A stretch of 52,166 bases of DNA, counting the filler, from Bipalium vagum (lineage: Eukaryota), in the NCBI GenBank assembly GCA_037834085.1. It is 2 parts of 2 records of this genome, joined end to end, with 100 filler letters (N's around TTAATTAATTAA, not from the genome) between each part and the next. Parts side by side here need not be neighbours in the genome. Positions count along the whole stretch, not along the records: positions 24,118 to 52,166 come from JBBMKC010062197.1; 1 more part is not named here. The stretch is one strand, 5' to 3'. Position 1 is the stretch's first letter. Each line of letters begins with the position of its first letter. Shown here piece by piece: positions 50,419 to 52,166 of the stretch. The notes beneath the pieces were generated by a model. The model did no database searches and was not told where the DNA came from. It was given only the letters and a program-made list of their open reading frames with translations. Both the position numbers and the translations under genes were made by a program.

Positions 50419-51520
50419 CAGGGTGCGTCAGCTATTTGAGGTCAAAAATTGATATTAAAGGTAAGTAATATTTTTAATGAAAAGAATGTATATTTTTAAA
50501 CAATATTAGAAACTTTTTTTTGTTTTAAGTATACAAGTTTTAATTATTCAATGTAATCGTCTTCGGTGTCAATTACAGCTTCAAGACGTCTTCTGAAAAG
50601 CTGACGAGCCGTGATCAGATGGTTTTCGTTCATATTTATCATATTAGAACTTATAGAAGCCCATAAGGAATCTTTGGTATTATGAGGATGTTTGTTCGTG
50701 TCCTTCTCTACGATGCCCCATACAAAATAGGCCAAAGGATTTAAATCAGGTGAGCTCAGTAGCCATAAGTTTGGAGTGATATGATCGTTTAAAAATTTTT
50801 TTTGTGTTTTTAATGCTGTATGACAGGAAGCTGAGTCTTATTGGAACACATAAGGCCTTCCGTGAACAACTTTTTTAATCCAGGGCTTCAAATATGTATC
50901 CAGATACTCAATATAAATAGTTACATTAATTCTAAGACCCTGTGGAAAGAAATACGAAGGCATAACATGACCTTTGTTTTTCACAACACCCAATATCATT
51001 AAAGATGATTGAAACTTGATGTGCATAATATTAGGGACTTCAGAAACACTAGAGCACAGCCACCGATCGTTCCTCCTATTAACCTTTTGACCTTGAGTAA
51101 AATGTTTTCCATCAGAAAAGAACCAGAACATGTTTGGATGATCAGGATGCTTGATTTTGTTTGAAAGACACCTCGAATTAAACGATTTTTTTTCCTTTTT
51201 GACGATACAAAATATCTTTTTCTCATGACGTAGGAGTGCATTTTAAATCATTGTGTACCGTTCGTCTTACTGTTGACTCAGAAACCGATAGTTGATTGGA
51301 AATTTCTCTCATTTATATTCCGGAACTTTCATGAACAACATCCTGCACTTTTTGAACAAAATTAATATTTCTGACAATGTCTGAACGCGAGGAATGTGTT
51401 TTTCATTTAGATATAGAGGAAACATTTCTATTAGATGACAAATATTCCTTTCTAATTTTATTGACAAACGATCTGACCACATTAAGAAAATTCTATAGAT
51501 GGCCATAAACAGTATTGAAG
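50419..51520 (-). mobile_element. maT/DD37D-type transposon, decayed, near full-length
   Basis: TA|CAGGGTG terminus. Motifs MREISNQLSVSESTVRRTVHNDL, FFSDGKHFT..KVNRRNDRWL, GHVMPSYFFPQGLRIN, RPYVFQ*DSA, SSPDLNPLAYFVWG and FRRRLEAVI. Confidence 0.88.
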
Positions 51521-52093
51521 ATATCCCGAAATAAATTACCTTGAAAAATATGAAACGCGTATTAAGAAATCTTATCTTATCTATATCTTATCTATTTATC
51601 CAGAACGAAAACCACATGTTTTTGTATTTAACAATTGAAATTGACTTAATTTCTGTTAATTACAGCCATGTGGCAAAACCCATGTGTTTCAGTGGGAAAT
51701 ATCGTGATCACTGATGACAGTAATTATGAGGAAAATAACAGATTTTTGGTTAAGACAATCAGAACAACTAACAAAAAACCCATAAATAGCGATTTATTTA
51801 ATAGAAACAAAATTTCTCTTGAATAATCTCCGAAATGTAATCAATTCAAATATCCATAGCTAATTTAAAAAAATTATTCTAGGACAAGGAAATTGAATTA
51901 GGATTGATTTGATGAAACAAACAAAACCTCAAAAGTCAAATAATAGGTTTCACAAATAGATATGGAACGTGACATGATTTATTGGCCAAAACGATCTCTA
52001 TAAGAAAAAATATTATTTCTTAAAATTATTTTTTTAAAGCAGCAAAATAATTTTCTCAATATAAATATCTCGTTCTAAAATTTAAAAACAACC

Positions 52094-52166
<73 letters not shown>
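52094..52166. repeat. (AAT)n microsatellite at window/contig end
   Basis: About 24 perfect AAT units. Confidence 0.95.

Noticed and set aside
51309-51506. 65-aa ORF as an upstream HEATR5 exon
   Set aside because: It is an off-frame reading of the maT transposase N-terminus.
51700-51745. Hammerhead ribozyme core (CTGATGA...GAAA); also CTGAAGA near 16553
   Set aside because: The required flanking stems could not be formed convincingly.

Overview
This is very AT-rich eukaryotic genomic DNA. Introns are bimodal (46-59 nt or several kb) and the window is dense in decayed DNA transposons. The gene content is metazoan and the style is compatible with a flatworm, but that is inference only. The window is two contigs joined by an artificial 100-bp spacer (N44-TTAATTAATTAA-N44, 24018-24117). 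The left contig has an orphan 136-aa gene (-) head-to-head with a 3-exon MKK3/6 MAP kinase kinase (+, GC-AG first intron), a nearly intronless divergent Spt5 (+), a Maverick/Polinton DNA polymerase relic, and the last three exons of a non-canonical AGO-clade Argonaute (-). The right contig has a tRNA-Ala-like pseudogene, six internal exons of a Fes/Fer-type F-BAR gene (-) largely missed by the ORF track, and eight internal exons of HEATR5 (-). The last two genes abut with their facing ends missing. Introns and intergenic DNA hold remnants of mariner, Tc1, Tc3-like, maT/DD37D, pogo/Tigger, piggyBac, Penelope and probably Helitron elements. All homology calls are by-eye motif recognition; no searches were run.
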